The notes beneath the pieces are model-generated. The model was not told the DNA's origin, made no database searches, and was given only the letters and a program-made list of their open reading frames with translations. The position numbers and the translations under genes were made by a program. Shown in pieces: positions 14,696 through 22,689 of a stretch of DNA of 42,730 nucleotides; within the stretch, counting starts at the first letter, position 1, and each line of letters begins with the position of its first letter. Where the stretch lies: assembly GCA_041599235.1 (NCBI GenBank), contig JBFHWZ010000002.1, positions 1 through 42,730 of the forward strand. Reading direction: 5' to 3'. Origin of the DNA: Candidatus Woesearchaeota archaeon. GTDB taxonomy: Archaea > Nanobdellota > Nanobdellia > Woesearchaeales > ARS49.

Positions 14696-16117
14696 ATTGT
14701 GTGGGGGCTTGTGTTTGATATCCATGTGCTTGGAATGCGCGCTCGGCGCGTGCTTTTTTTTCTTTGGCTTTTCAGGATACCGCCAGACGATGATCAGGGC
14801 TGCTATGAGCAGAAGTAAGATGAGCATCCACGGCCAGAGGGTCTTTTCCTTTTTTTCTGGAGCCTCTGCGCCTGGCAGGGGCCTGCGTGTTGTTGTTTTT
14901 TGAGAAGGCTCTGGCGGTGCGCTCACTATAGGAGTGTCATCTTTAGTGTCGCACTGATCGCCAATGCCATCAGCATCAGCATCTTCCTGGTTGGGGTTTG
15001 GCTCAGTTGGACAGTTATCTTCAAAATCAATCACTGCATCATTGTCTGCGTCAATGCCCTTCACCTGGCGTATGACGACATCATCTGAATCACCATCATT
15101 ATTCAAATCGCCAGCGAGCTTTTCATGGGTGGCAAAAACAATGCGTTCGCCAAAGCGTGCTGGCGTCGTTCCCTGGAAACTGCTGACTGCATACGAGTTT
15201 GTTATGAGATTGTATGATGCAATGGTATTGTCCTGGACAAACAGCACTGCAGTATCTGCGCTGAACGGCTGCGCTGCACTTATTTTTGTGTTGGTTGGCG
15301 TATTGCTGTTAGCATCATAGAGGTAGAGGATTTCATCCTCAAAATCACCGTCAGCATTCAGGTCATTGCCTGCTAAGGCTTCAACAGAGGTGAAAGCTGC
15401 AATGCCTTTTGGATTAACACTGGGCTGTTCGCCGACAATAAACGTGTTGATTATCTGCACTGAAGGAATAGCATAATAGCGTATCACCACATCGTTGAGC
15501 ACGCCATCCCTGTTCAGGTCTTCATTGAGCATTGCTTCGCTTGTTTGGAAAAAAATAGTTGTGCCTGACATGGCAGGATACTCGCCAACTGCTTTGGTGT
15601 TTTTCACTTCTTTTTTGTCAAGGCGGTAATAGCGGATAATATGATCTGTTGTGTCGCCGTCACCGTTCAGGTCCTTTCCTGATTCAGGTGTTGCAAACGC
15701 AATTTGGTTGCCGGCAATGCTCGGATTGACGCCAAGCAGCTTGGTGCTTACCAGTTTGTCTGCTGCGCTGTCATAGTACATGATGACGCTGTCTGTTTGG
15801 TCGCCATCATCATTTAAGTCAAGGCCAGCCATTGCTTCATCTGCGTGAAACGTAATGATGTCGCCAAAGATTGCAGGATGCTCGCCAACACCGACTGTTT
15901 TGGTTGTTTCTTTGTTAAGGTCAAAGACGCGAATGATGCTGTCAGTTGCATCGCCATCATTATTCAGGTCTCCTGTTTCCTGCTCGTATGCTTCAAAGGC
16001 AATCAGATGGCCATGGATGACTGGATTTCTGCCAAGCTCTTGGGTGCTGGTTGCAGAAAAAGCAAGAGCTTGCGCTGCCAGCAAAAGCACCATGATGGCC
16101 AGCACTTCTTTTTTCAT
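14684..16117 (-). CDS. Surface protein: 7-blade FG-GAP/integrin-alpha-like propeller, TSP3-like Ca-binding repeat, C-terminal TM anchor
   Basis: Signal peptide MKKEVLAIMVLLLAAQALAFS. About seven repeats of roughly 48 aa follow, each G..P.i.G..I.F...E...G.DLN.DGD..D.VIRYY (one is degenerate). Then come DNCPTEPNPNQEDADADGIGDQCD, a TM helix (WPWMLILLLLIAALIIVW) and a basic tail. Confidence 0.65.
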   Translation of the reverse strand: MKKEVLAIMVLLLAAQALAFSATSTQELGRNPVIHGHLIAFEAYEQETGDLNNDGDATDSIIRVFDLNKETTKTVGVGEHPAIFGDIITFHADEAMAGLDLNDDGDQTDSVIMYYDSAADKLVSTKLLGVNPSIAGNQIAFATPESGKDLNGDGDTTDHIIRYYRLDKKEVKNTKAVGEYPAMSGTTIFFQTSEAMLNEDLNRDGVLNDVVIRYYAIPSVQIINTFIVGEQPSVNPKGIAAFTSVEALAGNDLNADGDFEDEILYLYDANSNTPTNTKISAAQPFSADTAVLFVQDNTIASYNLITNSYAVSSFQGTTPARFGERIVFATHEKLAGDLNNDGDSDDVVIRQVKGIDADNDAVIDFEDNCPTEPNPNQEDADADGIGDQCDTKDDTPIVSAPPEPSQKTTTRRPLPGAEAPEKKEKTLWPWMLILLLLIAALIIVWRYPEKPKKKKHAPSAHSKHMDIKHKPPHNQKV

Positions 16118-16140
16118 TGCAAGTATGCTCAGGACAAGTT

Positions 16141-16155
16141 CTTTTAAACTTTTCG
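16141..16155 (-). promoter_or_regulatory. BRE/TATA (cgaaaagtttaaaag), 24 nt upstream of ATG 16117
   Basis: Minus-strand read, at leaderless spacing. Confidence 0.55.
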
Positions 16156-16171
16156 TGCAAAGAGCATAAGA

Positions 16172-16179
16172 TTTATAAA
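16172..16179 (+). promoter_or_regulatory. TATA box (tttataaa), 23 nt upstream of rps8e ATG 16202
   Basis: It forms a back-to-back divergent promoter pair with 16141-16155. Confidence 0.55.
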
Positions 16180-16201
16180 TGCTGCACTGTTCTTTTTGAC
16201 T

Positions 16202-16585
16202 ATGGTTTTTAATCATAGGGGCAGAACTCAGAAGAAAGAATCTGGCGGTAGATACCGGGCTGCCCGAGGAAAGCGCCTATTTATGAAAGGTTCAGCTCCT
16301 ACGCTTACCTTTATTGCAGAAAAACACAAAATCAAGACAGTGAGGACCAAAGGTGCTGGCCAGAAGTCACGGGTGCTAGCAGCTAACCAAGTGAACTTAT
16401 TTGATCCCAAGGCGAAAAAATTCGTGCAGGCAAAGCTCACGAGCGTTACTGACTGCCCTGCAGATGACCATTATATTCGACGTAATATTTTTGTGAAGGG
16501 CGCAGTTGTTGAGACTGACAAAGGCAAGGCACGCATTACCTCTCGCCCAGGCCAAAACGGCTCTATCAACGCAGTATTAATATAA
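16202..16585 (+). CDS. rps8e: 30S ribosomal protein S8e
   Basis: RGRTQKKESGGRYRAARGKR...VRTKGAG.K.RVL...N is typical of S8e. ATG 16202 lies 23 nt downstream of a TATA box (leaderless). Confidence 0.85.
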   Translation: MVFNHRGRTQKKESGGRYRAARGKRLFMKGSAPTLTFIAEKHKIKTVRTKGAGQKSRVLAANQVNLFDPKAKKFVQAKLTSVTDCPADDHYIRRNIFVKGAVVETDKGKARITSRPGQNGSINAVLI

Positions 16586-16607
16586 CTACTTTCTAGTGGT
16601 GAAGAAT

Positions 16608-16621
16608 CGAAAGTTTTATAA
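16608..16621 (+). promoter_or_regulatory. BRE/TATA (cgaaagttttataa) for the 16653 gene cluster
   Basis: 32 nt upstream of ATG 16653. Confidence 0.55.
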
Positions 16622-16652
16622 GGAGTAAAATCAACCATACTTTGAGTGAACA

Positions 16653-17072
16653 ATGGCAAAAAGAGCACGACCATTTAATGGAAAACAATACCAGAATTAT
16701 TGGGACTTCTATAAACAGGTCAGCGTGGCAACAGTAAATCCTGATGACATCTTCACAGATGAACCTGCAGCGCTTCGAGAAAAAGCACGCGCGCTTGCCA
16801 TCATGCATCCCTTTGGATTAACTGTTGGCGGCGGGGTAACCATGCCCTATGACGACCTCAAACCAGGCAGAATCAACCAAGCCTATAAAGAAACATATCA
16901 TCGCGCCATGCAAAGAGTGCCTGAATTTGAGCAGCTGGTCAAAGCAGGCATCCAAGCAGACGCACGCAAGCGCGGCATCACCATGACTGATGAAGACCTT
17001 GAAGAACGCGTATGCATTGTCCTTGAAGGATGCACTGCTGCAGAGCTTGACTCATGGGTGGGCGAAGCATGA
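16653..17072 (+). CDS. Hypothetical protein (139 aa)
   Basis: A BRE/TATA box lies upstream, the ORF is long, and its stop overlaps the next start as ATGA. No family recognised. Confidence 0.5.
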   Translation: MAKRARPFNGKQYQNYWDFYKQVSVATVNPDDIFTDEPAALREKARALAIMHPFGLTVGGGVTMPYDDLKPGRINQAYKETYHRAMQRVPEFEQLVKAGIQADARKRGITMTDEDLEERVCIVLEGCTAAELDSWVGEA

Positions 17073-17398
17073 GATGCTATGATGTCAGCGAATTCTTTGC
17101 AAATGCAATAACCTATGCAAAGCAAAACGATGAACTTGCTATCACTGTTGAAAAACGCAATGTGCGTCCAAACGGCAGCAGCGGCGAATACGTTTATGAT
17201 CTTCATTATCAGTGCGATACAGCACATGACCTGCTCGAAGCAACACAAGAACAATGCCTTGCAGACAATCCGCGCGAAATAGAAACAGATCTTGCTGATG
17301 CAGCACAATCACTTGCAACCAGATTACAAAAAGCACTGCCTGACTTTACCATTGATACTCTTGCAAACAAAGTCACTGTGTCAAAAGATTTAAAATAA
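17069..17398 (+). CDS. Hypothetical acidic protein (109 aa)
   Basis: ATG 17069 overlaps the upstream stop (ATGA), which suggests translational coupling. No family recognised. Confidence 0.5.
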   Translation: MRCYDVSEFFANAITYAKQNDELAITVEKRNVRPNGSSGEYVYDLHYQCDTAHDLLEATQEQCLADNPREIETDLADAAQSLATRLQKALPDFTIDTLANKVTVSKDLK

Positions 17399-17419
17399 GC
17401 TCGCTGATTTCTTTTTAGT

Positions 17420-18496
17420 ATGGCTGGAAAAGGAGTGATAGAACGCAACATAGAGAATATTCTCTGGAGTTATTCCCGCTTAACAACGGCAAAACAATGC
17501 CTCAAAGCATATTATTATGACAAAATAAGGAAACCAAAACCGAAAATTCATTTAACGCCTGACATTGTTGCGGGCAGTGTATTGCATGAGCGTATTGAAG
17601 GTTTGTATCACCCACGTGATGTCTTTAAAGAATTAAAGAGCGGGCCAAAACTGATAAAGAAAAAAGGCACGCCAAAAAAAGAAAGCGCTGAAGATTTTGC
17701 TGACGCGTCGCAGGGGCTCTGGTTTCGGTATACTCAATGGCACGATGAAGGGCTTTTTGGCAGACGGCCTATTCGCTGGAAAAGCAAGCAGGAGCGATTT
17801 GTCTGGGGGCATATCATTCATGAACTTGCATACACTATTTATGAAAACTATTCCCAACAAGAACCGCCGTTGTTCACAGAATTTAAGCTGCCCGTCTTAT
17901 GGATTGATGGCCTGCGCATGCATGGCATTGCAGATGAAATACGCTATCCGCTGACCATCCGCGATCATAAATCACGTAAGCAGCGCATTTCTGATTTGGA
18001 TTTGAAATATGACATGCAATTCACTATGTACGCTGCAATCTTAAGCATCAAATGCAGTGAAAGCGAAAAGTTTGCACGGTATATTGGTGCAACAGATGAA
18101 CATATTGCAGGATTGCAAGAGGATCCATTATACCTAATGGATAAATTCAACTGCGAGCATCATTGGCTGCAAACAGGCTGGGTGCAAAAAGGAGAAAAAC
18201 GAAAAGTGGAAGTGATTACTGCACCACCACGAACACGGCAGCATCTTGACGAGATTATTGAAACAATGCATGAACTTGATGGGAAAATAAAAGATGTTGA
18301 TTTCAAAGCAGAACGCGGACGTCACTGCAATTGGTGTTTCTTCCAAGAAGTGTGTGATTCTGAGCGAGACAATAACATTGTGCCAAATGTGCCGTATCAG
18401 CACCGGCTCTTTGATCCTGCACCGCCACCACAGCGACGAAAAGCAGGCCATCGACAATACCGCTTGTTCCCACCACAGCGGCGAAAGGTGAGTTAG
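17420..18496 (+). CDS. PD-(D/E)XK nuclease, Cas4/AddB-like with 4-Cys Fe-S cluster motif
   Basis: One N-terminal Cys (KQCLKAYY) plus C-terminal C-x2-C-x5-C (HCNWCFFQEVC). Nuclease motifs GIADEI...IRDHK and Q-x3-Y (MQFTMYAA). The proline/basic tail carries a duplicated PPQRRK. Confidence 0.7.
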   Translation: MAGKGVIERNIENILWSYSRLTTAKQCLKAYYYDKIRKPKPKIHLTPDIVAGSVLHERIEGLYHPRDVFKELKSGPKLIKKKGTPKKESAEDFADASQGLWFRYTQWHDEGLFGRRPIRWKSKQERFVWGHIIHELAYTIYENYSQQEPPLFTEFKLPVLWIDGLRMHGIADEIRYPLTIRDHKSRKQRISDLDLKYDMQFTMYAAILSIKCSESEKFARYIGATDEHIAGLQEDPLYLMDKFNCEHHWLQTGWVQKGEKRKVEVITAPPRTRQHLDEIIETMHELDGKIKDVDFKAERGRHCNWCFFQEVCDSERDNNIVPNVPYQHRLFDPAPPPQRRKAGHRQYRLFPPQRRKVS

Positions 18497-18544
18497 CAGT
18501 AACTTTTTTAAACTCAGCATCGTTTGTATGGTCGGGGGAGAACA

Positions 18545-19747
18545 ATGAGAATTTCACATCCATTCTATGGCATGATTGAGTTCAATGGCGTGCATGCAGC
18601 GCTGATTGACACAACAGAACTTGCACGGCTGAAATGGGTTTCGCAATTAGGATTGGTGTTGCTGGCATTTCCTGGAGCAAAAAATTCTAGATTCACACAT
18701 TCACTTGGTGTTGCGCATATCGCAGGCAAGATTGCAGATCACTTAGAGCTGGACAAAAAAGAAAAAGATATTGTGCAATGCGCAGCATTATTGCATGACA
18801 TTGGCCACGGGCCCTTTTCGCACACACTTGAAGACTTGCGCACTGACGGCTCGGACCATGAACTGTTTGCGCACGATACTATTGTCGGCAAACGAGCATT
18901 TAATCTGCCCGGCGCAGGAGAAGTGCATAAAATTCTTGATGATTTTGATATTCCCAAAGGGATGGTTGGCAAATTAGTTGTTGGGAAATTTGAAGAAAAA
19001 CCGTATCTGCAATCAATTATCAGCGGGCCTATTGATGCAGACAAGCTTGATTACCTCATGAGCGATTCACATTACACAGGTGTCAATCTCGGAAAAATAG
19101 ATGTTGATTATGCTATCAGTGTCATGGCTATAAAGGATGACACATTGGTATTTTTGGACAAAGGCAAGCCGGTCATTCATGCAGTCCGTGCAGCGCGCAG
19201 CAACATGATGGCAGAAGTGTACATCCACCACAACCCGCGTGTTGGCGAAGCCATGCTGCACAAAGCAGTTGAGCTGGCGCTTGCAGCAGGAGAAATTCCC
19301 AACTTCCATGAATATTATGACGGAAAATTAATCACCAAGCTGGAAGAAAGCAGCAATGCGTGCACGCGCGATCTTGTGCACAGGTTGGTGTATAATTATG
19401 GCGAGCCTGCGCAACGCACAGGTCGTAATATGTATAAGATTGCGTATCAAGTGCGCACTGACAATGGCGGCAGTGCAGCGCAGCATGTACCGCGACTCAA
19501 AAAACTCGGCAAACGCTCTATCGAAGATATCTTATCAGAAGCAGTGGGGGTTCCTGAAGGCATTGTGCTGGTTGATTTCCCTGACACAAAACCGGTGTAT
19601 TCAGAAACAGTGTTTGCTGAAGCCGGCATTGAGTTCACTGATAAAGGCGGCAAATCAAATTATGCTGGCTTTGCAGTGTACTGTCCTGCAGAATACAGGG
19701 ACCGCGTGAAAGAAGCTGCGCAAGCATTTGTTGAGCGCGATGCATAA
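18545..19747 (+). CDS. HD-domain dNTP triphosphohydrolase, SAMHD1/EF1143-like
   Basis: NSRFTHSLGVAHIA, LLHDIGHGPFSH and DADKLDYLMSDSHYTG match the SAMHD1-type HD signature. GGGGGAG lies 7 nt upstream of ATG 18545. Confidence 0.8.
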   Translation: MRISHPFYGMIEFNGVHAALIDTTELARLKWVSQLGLVLLAFPGAKNSRFTHSLGVAHIAGKIADHLELDKKEKDIVQCAALLHDIGHGPFSHTLEDLRTDGSDHELFAHDTIVGKRAFNLPGAGEVHKILDDFDIPKGMVGKLVVGKFEEKPYLQSIISGPIDADKLDYLMSDSHYTGVNLGKIDVDYAISVMAIKDDTLVFLDKGKPVIHAVRAARSNMMAEVYIHHNPRVGEAMLHKAVELALAAGEIPNFHEYYDGKLITKLEESSNACTRDLVHRLVYNYGEPAQRTGRNMYKIAYQVRTDNGGSAAQHVPRLKKLGKRSIEDILSEAVGVPEGIVLVDFPDTKPVYSETVFAEAGIEFTDKGGKSNYAGFAVYCPAEYRDRVKEAAQAFVERDA

Positions 19748-19757
19748 GCTCAAGAAA

Positions 19758-19767
19758 AATATATAAA
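19758..19767 (+). promoter_or_regulatory. TATA box (aatatataaa), 23 nt upstream of ATG 19790
   Basis: Leaderless spacing. Confidence 0.5.
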
Positions 19768-19789
19768 CTCGAAACCTTCTTGTTGTGCT

Positions 19790-20464
19790 ATGGCAGCAGG
19801 CACTGTTTTTTTTATTGTTCTTATTGCAATTATTGTGATTACTGTGCTGCTGAGTTTTTTCAGCAAAGTCTTGCGCTTTGTGCTCCCTATACTATACTTT
19901 ATCCTGATTATTGTTGGCACTGTTATGGTCTTCAGTGATGCAGCTGACCTAAGAGATAACTTCCTCAAAGAAGACAAATTATTTGTTCTTGAAATGAACA
20001 ATGAAGCCACTGCAGCGTTTACAGTCAAAGGAACTGACCCTGCAGACATCATAACAGACCTTACCAACATCAAAGCAGTGCCATATGAAGACCTTGGCTA
20101 TTACAAAGTGCTGGTATTTACCTGGGATAGTTTTGAAACTATTGATAGTGTTCCTTTTAGCGGCAGAACCTTAACACGTGCAGAAGCACAACAAATTATG
20201 GATGCAGCTGAACCGCGTGCTTTGCTTGCGCAGCAATCCGATGTGCCTATTGCAGCAGTTAACCAAGCATATGTTTCTGATGACATGGTCAGAGGCGACT
20301 TGTTTGCGAATCTGGCAAGCGCAGCAGCTGATGAAGAATCAGTGGTTGTTGCACTTCATCAAGGAACTGTTTCGATTGTGCCTGAAACAATAAGCTTTAA
20401 ATTAATCAAGATCTTGCCATTAAGCATTGTAAAAAAATTATTGCCTGAAGATGACTTGGTTTGA
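19790..20464 (+). CDS. Hypothetical membrane protein (2 N-terminal TM helices)
   Basis: A TATA box lies 23 nt upstream (leaderless). The hydrophobic N-terminus is FFIVLIAIIVITVLLSFF / VLPILYFILIIVGTVMVF. The remainder is unrecognised. Confidence 0.55.
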   Translation: MAAGTVFFIVLIAIIVITVLLSFFSKVLRFVLPILYFILIIVGTVMVFSDAADLRDNFLKEDKLFVLEMNNEATAAFTVKGTDPADIITDLTNIKAVPYEDLGYYKVLVFTWDSFETIDSVPFSGRTLTRAEAQQIMDAAEPRALLAQQSDVPIAAVNQAYVSDDMVRGDLFANLASAAADEESVVVALHQGTVSIVPETISFKLIKILPLSIVKKLLPEDDLV

Positions 20465-20861
20465 TAAAATAAAATTTTGGAAAAAAGAGCCTGAGCTTTC
20501 ATTGCCTGAGGCAGTTGGTGCGCCACCGTTAGGGGGACCATCAGATTTAGACCGGCCTGCGCCATGGGGAGGTCCTTCAGCAGATGGACCGTCACCCTTA
20601 GGAGGCCTGCCTTCAGAAGGTCCGCCGCCATTAGCGGATGCAGAATCAATCCCCTTGCAGGGCAGAGGACAACCTGGATTTGGGCCTGCTGAGCGGCCTG
20701 TGCTTGGTGTTACGCCAAAACCAGAAGGCGGCAGTGTTGACAAAGAACTGCAATTAGTCAATGCCAAACTGGACACTATCAAAGCAGTAGTAGAAAGTAT
20801 CAATCAACGTTTAGAACGCATGGAAAAACCGCAGGAAAAAGAAGTTATTCAATGGCGCTGA
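20451..20861 (+). CDS. Pro/Gly-rich low-complexity protein with C-terminal amphipathic helix
   Basis: 136 aa with degenerate P-[PS]-L-G-G-x-[PS]-[SD] repeats, then KELQLVNAKLDTIKAVVESINQRLERMEK. It overlaps both neighbours (14 nt and 10 nt). Confidence 0.5.
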   Translation: MTWFDKIKFWKKEPELSLPEAVGAPPLGGPSDLDRPAPWGGPSADGPSPLGGLPSEGPPPLADAESIPLQGRGQPGFGPAERPVLGVTPKPEGGSVDKELQLVNAKLDTIKAVVESINQRLERMEKPQEKEVIQWR

Positions 20862-21301
20862 CAAAACCAGTAACTTTCTTTGGCATTAGTTCTCTGGTGG
20901 TTATCCTTGATGTTATTACTAAATACCTGGCAACTACCAGCTTAACCTTTGGTGAAAGCATAGCAGTAATCAAAAATTTCTTCCATATAACGCTTGTACA
21001 CAACTATGGGGTGAGCTTTGGCTTGTTCAATGACGCAAGCTTGCGTTGGCTCTGGGTTGGTGTAGGCATTGGCGCCATTATACTAATATTCTATTATTAT
21101 ACGCGCATTGAGAACATGATGCTTCTTATAGCAGCATCTTTTATTGTTGGCGGTGCTATAGGCAATGTCGCAGATCGTATTCTGCACGGCTTTGTCATAG
21201 ACTTTATTGACTTCCGCTTCTGGCCTGCGTTTAATATAGCAGATAGTGCCATAACAGTGGGGGCTGCCCTGCTTATTATATATTGGTGGGCATCTAAATA
21301 A
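20852..21301 (+). CDS. lspA: Lipoprotein signal peptidase (signal peptidase II)
   Basis: 149 aa with four TM segments. Signature motifs NYGVSFG and GGAIGNVADRI..GFVIDFIDF..WPAFNIADSAI are present. Confidence 0.85.
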   Translation: MALTKPVTFFGISSLVVILDVITKYLATTSLTFGESIAVIKNFFHITLVHNYGVSFGLFNDASLRWLWVGVGIGAIILIFYYYTRIENMMLLIAASFIVGGAIGNVADRILHGFVIDFIDFRFWPAFNIADSAITVGAALLIIYWWASK

Positions 21302-21316
21302 TAGACAAGCAAAACA

Positions 21317-21324
21317 TTTATATA
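21317..21324 (+). promoter_or_regulatory. TATA box (tttatata) of paralog-array promoter module 1
   Basis: aaaacatttatata, then about 30 nt, then aaacgaggtga SD, then the ATG. The same layout is seen at 21915 and 23192. Confidence 0.6.
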
Positions 21325-21369
21325 TTACTAGAGCAAAAGCTTAGTATATCCAAACGAGGTGAAAGTAAT

Positions 21370-21879
21370 ATGGCAGATGAAGGCAAAGGCATTGCATTAA
21401 CAATTCTAGGTATAGTGGCTGTTATAGCAATTGTAGGTCTAGTGCTCTTATTTACCGGCGCTGGCAGCGGCGGCGTTTCTGTACAAGAGAGAGCAATCTA
21501 TGGCGGACCAGTAAGTGACAGACTAGGGCTTCCTGTAGTTGAGTCCCGACAGCTCAGCGGCGGTCCACGAACAGAAGAAACAACCTATGGTCTCAAGCCA
21601 GGCAGCTTAGAAACAACTTCAAGCATTGAAGCTTACCGAGCACGAGATGTGTCAGAGAAAAAAGGCCTGACTGAAAGCTTCTTGATCAAAACCTGTCCAG
21701 GACTTGTTGAAATTGGCGAAGCGCGCGCAGGCAGAACCTTTGATGTAAACCAGCGACAAATTGACAGCGGCCAATTCAAAGCAGCAAACTGCCAATCCAC
21801 TACATTCAGCGGCTGGCCAATCTACCAAGTAACTGGCAATACATACTGCTGCAGCAAAGACGGCTTTGCAGTAGTATAA
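21370..21879 (+). CDS. Pilin-like Cys-motif paralog 1 (169 aa)
   Basis: MADEGKG|IALTILGIVAVIAIVGLVLLFTGAGSGG, IYGG, then TCPG...ANC...TYCC near the C-terminus. It has its own TATA (21317) and GAGGTGA SD. Confidence 0.7.
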   Translation: MADEGKGIALTILGIVAVIAIVGLVLLFTGAGSGGVSVQERAIYGGPVSDRLGLPVVESRQLSGGPRTEETTYGLKPGSLETTSSIEAYRARDVSEKKGLTESFLIKTCPGLVEIGEARAGRTFDVNQRQIDSGQFKAANCQSTTFSGWPIYQVTGNTYCCSKDGFAVV

Positions 21880-21907
21880 ATTTTTTCTTTTCTCTCTTCT
21901 TTTTTTA
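21880..21907 (+). terminator. T/C-rich oligo-T tract after paralog 1
   Basis: attttttcttttctctcttcttttttt, followed by the next TATA box. Confidence 0.45.
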
Positions 21908-21914
21908 CAAAACA

Positions 21915-21922
21915 TTTATATA
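21915..21922 (+). promoter_or_regulatory. TATA box (tttatata) of paralog-array promoter module 2
   Basis: aaaacatttatata, followed by an SD-like gaggt at 21957-21961. Confidence 0.6.
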
Positions 21923-21968
21923 GAAGAACGTGTGATATTCTCTCACTACTAAAAAAGAGGTTGATCAC

Positions 21969-22370
21969 ATGGCAGAAGACAAAAGCATTTCACTTGTAAT
22001 TCTAGGTATTGTTGCTATTTGCGCAGTAGTTGGTTTAGTGCTGCTGTTCAGCGGCGCTATTGGCGGCAAAGGCGTGTATGTCTTTGGCGAAGGCGGCAAA
22101 GGCACGTATTCACGCTATGTTAAAGCAAGCGGTGACGTGCCAACCTATGAAGGACCGCGCATCAGCGGCATTCAACACGGCGATCCTTATGCAGCAAGCA
22201 GCCCTGCAACAGCAAATCAAAGAATTGCGCCTTACAAAACAGCAAGCCAAGCAACCAATCCCTGCACGCCAGGTTCAGTTGCGCGACGCGCAGACGTAGC
22301 AGACTATTATGTAACTGACTTGCAAGGCGAAGAATGGGCTTGCACTTTCGCATTTTCATCAGGCGAATAA
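21969..22370 (+). CDS. Pilin-like paralog 2 (133 aa, divergent C-terminal motif)
   Basis: MAEDKSISLVILGIVAICAVVGLVLLFSGAIGG..., NPCTPG...WAC. It lacks the CC doublet. It has its own TATA (21915) and SD. Confidence 0.65.
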   Translation: MAEDKSISLVILGIVAICAVVGLVLLFSGAIGGKGVYVFGEGGKGTYSRYVKASGDVPTYEGPRISGIQHGDPYAASSPATANQRIAPYKTASQATNPCTPGSVARRADVADYYVTDLQGEEWACTFAFSSGE

Positions 22371-22371
22371 A

Positions 22372-22689
22372 ATGGATGACAAAGGCATTTCCTTAACCAT
22401 ATTAGGCATTGTTGCAGTTATTGCCATAGTCGGTCTAGTGCTCTTGTTCACAGGAGCAGGCACTGGCGGCATTATTATAGGTCAAAAAGCGCCAGTACAA
22501 ACCTGGGGCAAGGCAATACGAACAGTTTCTGCACAGCAATCCTGCTTCTTAAGCTCAGGAGCTCTTGGAACAGTTGTTGATGCGCTTGAATACCAGCAAC
22601 GCATAGCCAAAGGCCACTTCTGTGAAGCACGCCAAACAGTGTCAGGAATACAATCACAACAATGGTGCTGTGCGGGAGGAACTGCATGA
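22372..22689 (+). CDS. Pilin-like Cys-motif paralog 3 (105 aa)
   Basis: MDDKG|ISLTILGIVAVIAIVGLVLLFTGAGTGG, then SC...FC...QWCC. It starts 1 nt after the paralog 2 stop. Confidence 0.7.
   Translation: MDDKGISLTILGIVAVIAIVGLVLLFTGAGTGGIIIGQKAPVQTWGKAIRTVSAQQSCFLSSGALGTVVDALEYQQRIAKGHFCEARQTVSGIQSQQWCCAGGTA
22429..22470 (+). repeat. 42-nt segment, 41/42 identical to 23307-23348 (paralog 3 versus paralog 5 N-terminal helix/linker)
   Basis: gtcggtctagtgctcttgttcacaggagcaggcactggcggc. Confidence 0.85.

Noticed and set aside
22662-22685. Upstream start (MVLCGRNC...) for paralog 4
   Set aside because: It would overlap paralog 3 by 28 nt. ATG 22686 gives the ATGA coupling and places the hydrophobic helix at the position seen in the other paralogs.
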